Positions 1 through 13,650 of a stretch of 64,000 bases of DNA are shown here, one piece after another; positions within the stretch are counted from its first letter, which is position 1, and each line of letters opens with the position of its first letter. The stretch lies in NCBI RefSeq assembly GCF_009914755.1, contig NC_060933.1; one strand, 5' to 3'. The notes beneath the pieces were generated by a model. It did no database searches, had not been told where the DNA came from, and saw nothing but the letters and a program-made list of their open reading frames with translations. The position numbers and the translations under genes are program-made. The DNA is from the human T2T-CHM13v2.0 reference genome, Homo sapiens.

Positions 1-795
1 ATGGAATGGAATGGAATGGAATCAACCCGAGTGCAATGGAATTGAGTGGAATGGAATGGAATGGAATGGAACAACCCGAATGGAATGGAATGTAATGGAG
101 AGTAAGGGAGTTGAATAGAATCAATCCGAATGTAATGCAATGGAATGCAACGGAATGGAATGGAATGGAATGGAATGGAATGCAATGGAATGGAATCAAC
201 ACGAGTACAATGGAATGGAATGGAATGGAATGGAATGGAATGGAATGGAATGGAATGGAATGGATTGGAATGATACGGAATGGAATGGAATGGAACGAAA
301 TGGAATGGAATGGAATGGAATGGAATGGAATGGAATGGAATGGAATGGAATGGAATCAAATTGATTGGAATGGTATGGAATGGAATGGAATGGAATTAAC
401 CCGAATAGAAAGGAATGGAATGGAATGGAACGGAACGGAATGGAATGGAATGGAATGGAATGGAATGGAATTGAATGGAATGGAATCAACCTGACTGCAG
501 GGGAATGGAATAGAATGCAATGCAATGGAATGGATTCAACTGGAATGGAATGGAAAGAATGGAATCAACACGAGTGGAATGGCATGGATTGGAATGGGAT
601 GGAATGGAATCAACCCGAGTACAGGGGAATGGAATGGAATGGAATGCAATGGAATAGAATCATCCGTAATGGATTGGAAAGGAATGGAATGGAATGGAAT
701 GGAATGGAATGGAATGGAATGGAATGCAATCAACTCGATTGCAATCGAATGGAATGGAATGGAATTAACCCGAATAGAATGGAATGGAATGGAAT

Positions 796-830
796 GGAAC
801 GGAACGGAACGGAACGGAACGGAACGGAAC
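796..830 (+). repeat. (GGAAC)7 variant-pentamer run
   Basis: Seven consecutive GGAAC. Runs of equal length lie at 49429-49463 and 53240-53274. Confidence 0.9.
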
Positions 831-960
831 GGAATGGAATGGAATGGAATGGAATGGAACGGAAAGGAATGGAATGGAATGGAATGGAATGGAATGGAAT
901 GGAATGGAATGGAATCAACGCGAGTGCAGGGGAATGGAGTGGAATGGAATGCAATGGAAT

Positions 961-975
961 GGAATCTTCCGGAAT
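961..975. promoter_or_regulatory. Perfect heat-shock element consensus nGAAnnTTCnnGAAn (first of ~31 copies in the window)
   Basis: gGAAt-cTTCc-gGAAt matches the canonical HSF1 trimer site exactly. This is a motif match only; occupancy is not shown. Confidence 0.6.
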
Positions 976-3900
976 GGAATGGAATTGAATGGAATGGAAT
1001 GGAATGGAATGGAATAAACCCGAGTGCAATGGAATGGAGTGGAATGGAATGGAATGGAATGGAACAACCCGAATGGAATGTAATGTAATGCAGACTAAGG
1101 GAGTTGAATAGAATCAATCCGAATGTAATGGAATGGAATGGAACGGAATGGAATTGAATGGAATGGAATGGAATGCAATGGAATGGAATCAACCCGTGTG
1201 CAATCGAATGGAATCGAATGGAATGGAATGCAATGGAATGGATTCAACTTGAATGGAATGGAAAGAATGGAATCAACACGAGTGGAAGGGCATGGATTGG
1301 AATGCAATGGAATGGAATCAACCCGAGTACAGGGGAATGGAATGGAATGGAATGCAATGGAATGGAATCATCCGTAATGGAATGGAAAGGAATGGAATGG
1401 AATGGAATGGAATGGAATGGAATGGAATCAACACGATTGCAATCGAATGGAATGGAATGGAATTAACCCGAATAGAATGGAATGGAATGGAATGCAACGG
1501 AACGGAATGGAATGGAATGGAATGGAATGGAATGGAATGGAACAGAACGGAACGGAACGGAACGGAATGGAATGGAATGGAATGGAATGGAATGGAATGG
1601 AATGGAATCAACTCGATTGCAATCGAATGGAATGGAATGGAATTAACCCGAATAGAATGGAATGGAATGGAATGGAACGGAACGGAATGGAATGGAATGG
1701 AGTGGAATGGAATGGAACGGAAAGGAAGGGAATGGAATGGAATAGAATGGAATGGAATGGAATCAACGCGAGTGAAGGGGAATGGAATGGAATGGAATGC
1801 AATGGAATGGAATCTTCCGGAAAGGAATGGAATGGAATGGAATGGAATGGAATGGAATCAACCCGAGTGCAATGGAATGGAGTGGAATGGAATGGAATGG
1901 AATGGAACAACCCGAATGGAATGGAATGTAATGGAGAGTAATGGAGTTGAATAGAATCAATCCGAATGTAATGGAATGGAATGGAACGGAATGGAATTTA
2001 ATGGAATGGAATGGAATGCAATGGAATGGAATCAACCCGAGTGCAATGGAATGGAGAGGAATGGAATGGAATGGAATGGAAACTACCCGAATGGAGTGGA
2101 ATGTAATGGAGTGTAAGGGAATTGAATAGAATCAATCCGAATGTAATGGAATGGAATGGAACGGAATGGAATGGAATGGAATGGAATGGAATTGAATGGA
2201 ATGGAATGCAATGGAATGGAATCAACCCGAGTGCAATCGAATGGAATCGAATGGAATGGAATGCAATGGAATGGATTCAACTTGAATGGAATGGAAAGAA
2301 TGGAATCAACACGAGTGGAATAGCATGGATTGGAATGGAATGGAATGGAATCAACCCGAGTACAGGGGAATGGAATGGAATGGAATGCAATGGAATGGAA
2401 TCATCCGTAATGGAACGGAAAGGAATGGAATGGAATGGAATGGAATGGAATGGAATGGAATGGAATCAACTCGATTGCAATCGAATGGAATGGAATGGAA
2501 TTAACCCGAATAGAATGGAATGGAATGGAATGGAAAGGAACGGAATGGAATGGAATGGAATGGAATGGAATGGAACGGAATGGAATGGAATGGAATGGAA
2601 TGGAATGGAATGGAATCAACGCGAGTGCAGGGGAATGGAATGGAATGGAATGCAATGGAATGGAATCTTACGGAATGGAATGGAATGGAATGGAATGGAA
2701 TGAAATGCAATGGATTCAACTCGATTGCAATGGAATGGAATAGAACGGAATGGAATGGAATGGAATTAATCCGAATAGAATGGAATGGAATGGAATGGAA
2801 CGGAATGGAACGGAATGGAATGGAATGGAATGGAATGGAATGGTATGGAATGGAATGGAATGGTACGGAATAGAATGCAATGGAACGAATTGTAATGGAA
2901 TGGAATTGAATGGAATGGAATGGAATGGAATGGAATCAACGCGAGTGCAGGGGAATGTAATGGAACGGAATGCAATGGAATGGAATCATCCGGAATGGAA
3001 TGGAATGGAATGGAATGGAGTCACCCCGAGTGCAATGGAATGGAGTGGAATGGAATGGAATGGAATGGAACAACCCGAATGGAGTGGAATGTAATGGAAA
3101 GTAAGGGAGTTGAATAGAATCAATCCGAATGTAATGGAATGGAATGCAACGGAATGGAATGGAATGGAATGGAATGGAATGCAATGGAATGGAATCAACC
3201 CGAGTACAATGGAATGGAATGGAATGGAATGGAATGATACGGAATAGAATGGAATGGAACGGAATGGAATGGAATGGAATGGAATGGAATGGAATGGAAT
3301 GGAATGGAATGGAATCGTTCCGAGTGGAATAGGAGGGAATGTATTCGAGTGGAATGGAAAGGAATGGTATCAACCAGAGTGGAATGGAAGGGAATGGAAT
3401 GGAATGGAAACTAATAGAATGGAATCAACCCGAGTGGAATGGAATGGAAAGGACTGGAATGGAATGGAATGGGATGGAATCAACTCGATTGTAATGGAAT
3501 GGAATGGAATGGAATGGAATGGAATGGAATGGAATTAACCTGAATACAATGGAATGGAATGGAATGCAACGGAATGGAGTGGAATGGAATGGAATCAACC
3601 CGAGTGTAGGGGAATGGAATGGAATGGAATGCAATGGAATGGAATCATCCGGAATGGAATGGAATGGAATGGAATGCAAACCAATGGAATCAACTCGATT
3701 GCAATGGAATGGAATGGAATGGAAAGGAATACATTGGAATCAACCCGAGTGGAATGGAATGGAAAGGACTGGAATGGAGTGGAATGGAATGGAATGGAAT
3801 GGAATGGAATCAACTCGATTGGAATGGAATGGAATGGAATGGAATGGAATGGAATGGAATTAACCCGAATAGAATGGAATGTAATGGAATGGAACGGAAT

Positions 3901-5184
3901 GGAATGGAATGGAATGGAATGGAATGGAATGGAATGGAATGGAATCAACCCGACTGCAGGGTAATGGAATGGAATGGAATGCAATGGAATGGATTCAACT
4001 TGAATGGAATGGAAAGAATGGAATCAAAACGAGTGGAATGGCATGGATTGGAATGGAATGGAATGGAATCAACCCGAGTACAGGGGAATGGAATGGAATG
4101 GAATGCAATGGAATGGAATCATCCGTAAAGGAATGGAAAGGAATGGAATGGAATGGAATAGAATGGAATGGAATCAACTCGATTGCAATCGAATGGAATG
4201 GAATGGAATTAACCCGAAGAGAATGGAATGGAATGGAATGGAACGGAACGGAATGGAATGGAATGGATTGGTATGGAATGGAATGGAATGGAATGGAACG
4301 GAATGGAATGGAATGGAATGGAATGGAATGGAATGGAATGGATTCAACGCGAGTGCAGGGGAACGGAATGGAATGGAATGCAATGGAATGGAATCTTCCG
4401 GAATGGAATGGAATGGAATGGAATGGAATAGAATGGAATGGAATCAACCCGAGTGCAATGGAATGGAGTGGAATGGAATGGAATGGAATGGAACAACCCG
4501 AATGGAATGGAATGTAATGGAGAGTAAGGGAGTTGAATAGAATCAATCCGAATGCAATGGAATGGAATGGAACTGAATGGAATTGAATGCAACGGAATGG
4601 AATGCAATGGAATGGAATCAACACGAGTGCAATGGAATGGAGAGGAATGGAATGGAATGGAATGGAAACTACCCGAATGGAATGGAATGTAATGGAGTGT
4701 AAGGGAATTGAATAGAATCAATCCGAATGCAATGGAATGGAATGGAACGGAATGGAATGGAATGGAATGGAATGCAATGGAATGGAATCAACCCGAGTGC
4801 AATCAAATGGAATCGAATGGAATGGCATGCAATGGAATGGATTCAACTTGAATGGAATGGAAAGAATGGAATCAACACGAGTGGAATGGCATGGATGGGA
4901 ATGGAATGGAATGGAATCAACCCGAGTACAGGGGAATGGAATGGAATGGAATGCAATGGAATGGAATCATCCGTAATGGAATGGAAAGGAATGGAATGGA
5001 ATGGAATGGAATGGAATGGAATCAACTCGATTGCAATCGAATGGAATGGAATGGAATTAACACGAATAGAATGGAATGGAATGGAATGGAACGGAACGGA
5101 ATGGAATGGAATGGAATGGAATGGAATGGAACGGAACGGAACGGAATGGATGGAATGGAATGGAATGGAATGGAATGGAATGGA

Positions 5185-8100
5185 ATCAACGCGAGTGCAG
5201 GGGAATGGAATGGAATGGAATGCAATGGAATGGAATCTTCCGGAATGGAATGGAATGGAATGGAATGGAATGAAATGCAATGGATTCAACTCGATTGCAA
5301 TGGAATGGAATAGAATGGAATGGAATGGAATGGAATGGAATTAACCCGAATAGAATGGAATGGAATGGAATGGAACGGAATGGAACGGAATGGAATGGAA
5401 TGGAATGGAATGGAATGGTATGGAATGGAATGGAATGGTACGGAATAGAATGGAATGGAACGAATTGTAATGGAATGGAATTGAATGGAATTGAATGGAA
5501 TGGAATGGAATCAACGAGAGTGCAGGGGAATGTAATGGAACGGAATGCAATGGAATGGAATCATCCGGAATGGAATGGAATGGAATGGAATCAACCCGAG
5601 TGCAATGGAATGGAGTGCAATGGAATAGAATGGAATGGAACAACCCAAATGGAATGGAATGTAATGGAGAGTAAGGGAGTTGAATAGAATCAATACGAAT
5701 GTAATGGAATGGAATGCAACGGAATGGAACGGAATGGAATGGAATGGAATGGAATGGAATGCAATGGAATGGAGTCAACCCGAGTACAATGGAATGGAAT
5801 GGAATGGAATGGAATGGAATGGAATGGAATGGAATGCAATGGAATGGAATCTTCCGGAATGGAATGGAATGGAATGGAATGGAATGCAATGGATTCAACT
5901 CGATTGCAATGGAATGGAATCGAATGGAATGGAATGGAATGGAATGGAATGGAATTAAACCGAATAGAATGGAATGGAATGGAATGGAATGGAATGGAAT
6001 GGAATGGAATGCAATGGAATGGAATCAACCCGAGTACAATGGAACGGAATGTAATGTAACGTAATGGAATGGAATGGAATGGAATCAACCCGAGTGCAAT
6101 GGAATGGAGAGGAATGGAATGGAATGGAATGGAAACTACCCGAATGGAATGGAATGTAATGGAGTGTAAGGGAATTGAATAGAATCAATCCGAATGGAAT
6201 GGAATGGAATGGAACGGAATCTAATGGAATGGAATGGAATGGAATCAACCCGAGTGCAGGGGAATGGAATGGAAAGGAATGCAATGGAATGGAATCATCT
6301 GGAATGGAATGGAATGGAATGCAATGGAATGGAATGGAATGGAATCAACCCGAGTGCAATGGAATGGAGTGAAATGGAATGGAATGGAATGGAAACAACC
6401 AGAATGGATTGGAATATAATGGAGTGTAAGGGAATTGAATAGAATCAATCTGAATGTAATGAAATGGAATGGAACGGAATGGAATGGAATGGAATGGAAT
6501 GGAATGGAATGCAATGGAATGGAATCAACCCGAGTGCAATCGAATGGAATCGAATGGAATGGAATGCAATGGAATGGATTCAACTTGAATGGAATGGAAA
6601 GAATGGAATCAACACGAGTGGAATGGCATGGATTGGAATGGAATGGAATGGAATCAACCCGAGTACAGGGGAATGGAATGGAATGGAATGCAATGGAATG
6701 GAATCATCCGTAATGGAATGGAAAGGAATGGAATGGAACGGAATGGAATGGAATGGAATGGAATGGAATCAACTCGATTGCAATCGAATGGAATGGAATG
6801 GAATTAACCCGAATAGAATGGAATGGAATGGAATGGAACGGAACGGAAGGAATGGAATGGAATGGAATAGAATGGAACGGAACGGAACGGAATGGAATGG
6901 AATGGAATGGAATGGAATGGAATCAACGCGAGTGCAGGGGAATGGAATGGAATGGAATGCAATGGAATGGAATCTTCCGGAATGGAATGGAATGGAATGG
7001 AATGAAATGCAATGGATTCAACTCGATTGCAATGGAATGGAATAGAGTGGAATTGAATGGAATGGAATGGAATGGAATTAACCCGAATAGAATGGAATGG
7101 AATGGAATGGAACGGAATGGAACGGAATGGAATGGAATGGAATGGAATGGAATGGAATTGCATGGAATGGAATGGAATGGTACGGAATAGCATGGAATGG
7201 AACGAATTGTAATGGAATGGAATTGAATGGAATGGAATGGAATGGAATGGAATGGAATGGAATGGAATCAACGCGAGTGCAGGGGAATGGAATGGAATGG
7301 AATGCAATGGAATGGAATCTTCCGGAATGGAATGGAATGGAATGGAATGGAATGAAATGCAATGGATTCAACTCGATTGCAATGGAATGGAATAGAATGG
7401 AATGGAATGGAATGGAATGGAATTAACCCGAATAGAATGGAATGGAATGGAATGGAACGGAATGGAACGGAATGGAATGGAATGGAATGGAATGGAATGG
7501 TATGGAATGGAATGGAATGGTACGGAATAGAATGGAATGGAACGAATTGTAATGGAATGGAATTGAATGGAATTGAATGGAATGGAATGGAATCAACGAG
7601 AGTGCAGGGGAATGTAATGGAACGGAATGCAATGGAATGGAATCATCCGGAATGGAATGGAATGGAATGGAATCAACCCGAGTGCAATGGAATGGAGTGG
7701 AATGGAATAGAATGGAATGGAACAACCCAAATGGAATGGAATGTAATGGAGAGTAAGGGAGTTGAATAGAATCAATACGAATGTAATGGAATGGAATGCA
7801 ACGGAATGGAACGGAATGGAATGGAATGGAATGGAATGGAATGCAATGGAATGGAATCAACCCGAGTACAATGGAATGGAATGGAATGGAATGGAATGGA
7901 ATGGAATGGAATGGAATGCAATGGAATGGAATCTTCCGGAATGGAATGGAATGGAATGGAATGGAATGCAATGGATTCAACTCGATTGCAATGGAATGGA
8001 ATCGAATGGAATGGAATGGAATGGAATGGAATGGAATTAAACCGAATAGAATGGAATGGAATGGAATGGAATGGAATGGAATGGAATGCAATGGAATGGA

Positions 8101-9365
8101 ATCAACCCGAGTACAATGGAACGGAATGTAATGTAACGTAATGGAATGGAATGGAATGGAATGGAATGGAATCAACCCGAGTGCAATGGAATGGAGAGGA
8201 ATGGAATGGAATGGAATGGAAACTACCCGAATGGAATGGAATGTAATGGAGTGTAAGGGAATTGAATAGAATCAATCCGAATGGAATGGAATGGAATGGA
8301 ACGGAATCTAATGGAATGGAATGGAATGGAATCAACCCGAGTGCAGGGGAATGGAATGGAAAGGAATGCAATGGAATGGAATCATCTGGAATGGAATGGA
8401 ATGGAATGCAATGGAATGGAATGGAATGGAATCAACCCGAGTGCAATGGAATGGAGTGAAATGGAATGGAATGGAATGGAAACAACCAGAATGGATTGGA
8501 ATATAATGGAGTGTAAGGGAATTGAATAGAATCAATCTGAATGTAATGAAATGGAATGGAACGGAATGGAATGGAATGGAATGGAATGGAATGGAATGCA
8601 ATGGAATGGAATCAACCCGAGTGCAATCGAATGGAATCGAATGGAATGGAATGCAATGGAATGGATTCAACTTGAATGGAATGGAAAGAATGGAATCAAC
8701 ACGAGTGGAATGGCATGGATTGGAATGGAATGGAATGGAATCAACCCGAGTACAGGGGAATGGAATGGAATGGAATGCAATGGAATGGAATCATCCGTAA
8801 TGGAATGGAAAGGAATGGAATGGAACGGAATGGAATGGAATGGAATGGAATGGAATCAACTCGATTGCAATCGAATGGAATGGAATGGAATTAACCCGAA
8901 TAGAATGGAATGGAATGGAATGGAACGGAACGGAAGGAATGGAATGGAATGGAATAGAATGGAACAGAACGGAACGGAATGGAATGGAATGGAATGGAAT
9001 GGAATGGAATGGAATGGAATCAACGCGAGTGCAGGGGAATGGAATGGAATGGAATGCAATGGAATGGAATCTTCCGGAATGGAATGGAATGGAATGGAAT
9101 GAAATGCAATGGATTCAACTCGATTGCAATGGAATGGAATAGAGTGGAATGGAATGGAATGGAATGGAATGGAATTAACCCGAATAGAATGGAATGGAAT
9201 GGAATGGAACAGAATGGAACGGAATGGAATGGAATGGAATGGAATGGAATGGAATTGCATGGAATGGAATGGAATGGTACGGAATAGCATGGAATGGAAC
9301 GAATTGTAATGGAATGGAATTGAATGGAATGGAATGGAATGGAATGGAATGGAATGGAATGGAAT
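5185..9365 (+). repeat. Recent tandem duplication, 2 x ~2.08-2.10 kb
   Basis: Private variants recur at offsets of 2082-2097: TCAACGAGAG 5511/7593, CAATACGAAT 5691/7773, ACGGAATCTAATGG ~6214/8301, CATCTGG 6296/8383, AACAACCAGAATGGATTGGAATATAAT 6394/8481, GAATTGCATGG..GAATAGCATGG ~7155/9252. The ORF track repeats at 5280/7362, 6175/8262 and 6435/8522. Confidence 0.92.
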
Positions 9366-10429
9366 CAACGCGAGTGCAGGGGAATGTAATGGAACGGAAT
9401 GCAATTGAATGGAATCATCCGGAATGGAATGGAATGGAATGGAATGGAATGGAATGGAATCAATCCGAGTGCAATGGAATGGAGTGGAATGGAATGAAAT
9501 GGAATGGAACAACCCGAATGGAATGGAATGTAATGGAGAGTAAGGGAGTTGAATAGAATCAATCCGAATGTAATGGAATGGAATGCAACGGAATGGAATG
9601 CAATGGAATGGAATGGAATGCAATGGAATGGAATCAACCCGAGTACAATGGAATGGAATGGAATGGAATTGAATGTAATGGAATGGAATCAATTCGAGTA
9701 CAATGGAATGGAATGGAATGGAATGGAATGGAATGGAATGGAATGGAATGGCATGGAATGGAATGCCTTCAAACCGAATGGAATGGAAAGGAATGAAATC
9801 AACACGAGTGGAATGGAATGGAATGGAATGGAATGGAATGGAATGGAATGGAATGGAATGATACGGAATAGAATGGAATGGAACGAAATGGAATGGAATG
9901 GAATGGAATGGAATGGAATGGAATGGAATGGAATGGAACGGAATGGAATCGTTCCGAGTGGAATAGGAGGGAATGTATTCGAGTGGATTGGAAAGGAATG
10001 GAATCAACCAGAGTGGAATGGAAGGGAATGGAATGGAATGGAAACTAATAGAATGGAATCAACCCGAGTGGAATGGAATGGAAAGGACTGGAATGGAAAG
10101 GAATGGAATGGAATGGAATGCAATGGAATGGAATGGAATCAATCCGAGTGCAATGGAATGGAGTGGAATGGAATGGAATGGAATGGAACAATCCGAATGG
10201 AATGGAATGTAATGGAGAGTAAGGGAGTTGAAAAGAATCAATCCGAATGTAATGGAATGGAACCGAATGGAATGAAATGGAATGGAATGGAATGGAATGG
10301 AATGGAATGCAATGGAATGGATTCATCTTGAATGGAATGGAAAGAATGGAATCAACACGAGTGGAATGGCATGGATTGGAATGGAATGGAATGGAATGGA
10401 ATGGAATGGAATGGAATGGAATGGAATGA

Positions 10430-13400
10430 TACGGAATAGAATGGAAAGGAACGAAATGGAATGGAATGGAATGGAATGGAATGGAATGGAATGGAATCGT
10501 TCCGAGTGGAATAGGAGGGAATGTTTTCGAGTGGAATGGAAAGGAATGGAAAAAACCTGAGTGGAATTGAAGGGAATGGAATGGAATGGAAACTAATAGA
10601 ATGGAATCAACCCGAGAGGAATGGAATGGAAAGGACTGGAACGGAATGGAATGGAATGGAATCAACTCGATTGTAATGGAATGGAATGGAATGGAATGGA
10701 ATGGAATGGAATGGAATTAACCAAAACACAATGCAATGGAATGGAATGGAACGGAATGGAGTGGAATGAATGGAATCAACCCGAGTGCAGGGGAATGGAA
10801 TTGAACGGAATGCAATGGAATGGAATCATCCGGAATGGAATGGAATGGAATGGAATGCAAAGCAATGGAATCAACTCGATTGCAATGGAATGGAATGGAA
10901 TGGAAAGGAATATATTGGAATCAACCCGAGTGGAATGGAATGGAAAGGACTGGAATGGAGTGGAATGGAATGGAATGGAATGGAATGGAATCAACTCGAT
11001 TGGAATGGAATGGAATGGAATGGAATGGAATGGAATGGAATGGAATGGAATGGAATGGAATCGTTCCGAGTGGAATAGGAGGGAATGTATTCGAGTGGAA
11101 TGGAAAGGAATGGTATCAACCAGAGTGGAATGGAAGGGAATGGAATGGAATGGAAACTAATAGAATGGAATCAACCCGAGTGGAATGGAATGGAAAGGAC
11201 TGGAATGGAATGGAATGGAATGGAATCAACTCGATTGTAATGGAATGGAATGGAATGGAATGGAATGGAATGGAATGGAATTAACCCGAATACAATGGAA
11301 TGGAATGGAATGGAATGGAACGGAATGGAGTGGAATGGAATGGAATCAACCCGAGTGCAGGGGAATGGAATGGAATGGAATGCAATGGAATGGAATCATC
11401 CGGAATGGAGTGGAATGGAATGGAATGGAATGGAATGGAATGGAATCAACTCGATTGGAATGGAATGGAATGGAATGGAATGGAATTAACCCGAATGGAA
11501 TGGAATGGAATGGAATGGAACGGAATGGAATGGAATGGAGTGGAATGGAATGGAATCAACCCGACTGCAGGGGAATGGAATGGAATGGAATGCAATGGAA
11601 TGGATTCAAATTGAATGGAATGGAAAGAATGGAATCAACACGAGTGGAATGGCATGGATTGGAATGGAATGGAATGGAATCAACCCGAGTACAGGGGAAT
11701 GGAATGGAATGGAATGCAATGGAATGGAATCATCCGTAATGGAATGGAAAGGAATGGAATGGAATGGAATGGAATGGAATGGAATGGAATGGAATCAACT
11801 CGATTGTAATCGAATGGAATGGAATGGAATTAACCCGAATAGAATGGAATGGAATGGAATGGAACAGAACGGAATGGAATGGAATGGAATGGAATGGAAG
11901 GGAACGGAACGGAATGGAATGGAATGGAATGGAATGGAATGGAATCAACGTGAGTGCAGGGGAATGGAATGGAATGGAATGCAATGGAATGGAATCTTCC
12001 GGAATGGAATGGAATGGAATGAAATGCAATGGATTCAACTCGATTGCAATGGAATGGAATAGAATGGAATGGAATGGAATGGAATGGAATTAATTCGAAT
12101 AGAATGGAATGGAATGGAATGGAACGGAATGGAACGGAACGGAATGGAATGGAATGGTATGGAATGGAATGGAATGGTACGGAATAGAATGGAATGGAAC
12201 GAATTGTAATGGAATGGAATTGAATGGAAAGGAATGGAATGGAATGGAATCAACGCGAGTGCAGGGGAATGTAATGGAACGGAATGTAATGGAATGGAAT
12301 CATCCGGAATGGAATGGAATGGAATGGAATGGAATGGAATCAACCCGAGTGCAATGGAATGGAGTGGAATGGAATGGAATGGAATGGAACAACCCGAATG
12401 GAATGGAATGTAATGGAGAGTAAGTGAGTTGAATAGAATCAATCCGAATGTAATGGAATGGAATGCAACGGAAGGGAATGGAATGGAATGGAATGGAATG
12501 CAATGGAATTGAATCAACCCGAGTACAATGGAATGGAATGGAACGGAATGGAATGGAATGGAATGGAATGGAATGATACGGAATAGAATGGAATGGAACG
12601 AAATGGAATGGAATGGAATGGAATGGAATGGAATGGAATGGAATGGAATGGAATGGAATCGTTCCGAGTGGAATAGGAGGGAATGTATTCGAGTGGAATG
12701 GAAAGGAATGGAAACAACCTGAGTGGAATTGAAGGGAATGGAATGGAATGGAAACTAATAGAATGGAATCAACCCGAGAGGAATGGAATGGAAAGGACTG
12801 GAACGGAATGGAATGGAATGGAATCAACTCGATTGTAATGGAATGGAATGGAATGGAATGGAATGGAATGGAATGGAATGGAATTAACCCAAATACAATG
12901 CAATGGAATGGAATGGAACGGAATGGAGTGGAATGGAATGGAATCAACCCGAGTGCAGGGGAATGGAATGGAACGGAATGCAATGGAATGGAATCATCCG
13001 GAATGGAATGGAATGGAATGGAATGCAAAGCAATGGAATCAACTCGATTGCAATGGAATGGAATGGATTGGAAAGGAATATATTGGAATCAACCCGAGTG
13101 GAATGGAATGGAAAGGACTGGAATGGAGTGGAATGGAATGGAATGGAATGGAATGGAATCAACTCGATTGGAATGGAATGGAATGGAATGGAATGGAATG
13201 GAATGGAATGGAATCGTTCCGAGTGGAATAGGAGGGAATGTATTCGAGTGGAATGGAAAGGAATGGTATCAACCAGAGTGGAATGGAAGGGAATGGAATG
13301 GAATGGAAACTAATAGAATGGAATCAACCCGAGTGGAATGGAATGGAAAGGACTGGAATGGAATGGAATGGAATGGAATCAACTCGATTGTAATGGAATG

Positions 13401-13650
13401 GAATGGAATGGAATGGAATGGAATGGAATGGAATTAACCCGAATACAATGGAATGGAATGGAATGGAACGGAATGGAGTGGAATGGAATGGAATCAACCC
13501 GAGTGCAGGGGAATGGAATGGAAGGGAATGCAATGGAATGGAATCATCCGGAATGGAGTGGAATGGAATGGAATGGAATGGAATGGAATCAACTCGATTG
13601 GAATGGAATGGAATGGAATGGAATGGAATTAACCCGAATGGAATGGAATG
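10430..13650 (+). repeat. ~1.05-kb segment duplicated at ~2.16-kb offset (10430-11500 / 12575-13650)
   Basis: Shared private variants CCTGAGTGGAATTGAAGGG 10556/12718, CCCGAGAGGA ~10611/12773, AGGAATATATTGG 10906/13074 and CATCCGGAATGGAGTGG 11397/13545. Confidence 0.8.

Noticed and set aside
929-933. G-quadruplex potential at CAGGGGAA cassettes
   Set aside because: G-runs of 3 or more are isolated and widely spaced. (TGGAA)n is known to form GGA-mismatch hairpins rather than canonical G4, which is a generic property of the repeat.
12415-12430. Splice-donor-like GA|GTAAGT (and the recurring GA|GTAAGG)
   Set aside because: It is a point variant of a satellite cassette and lacks the -1 G. There are no polypyrimidine acceptors on this purine-rich strand.
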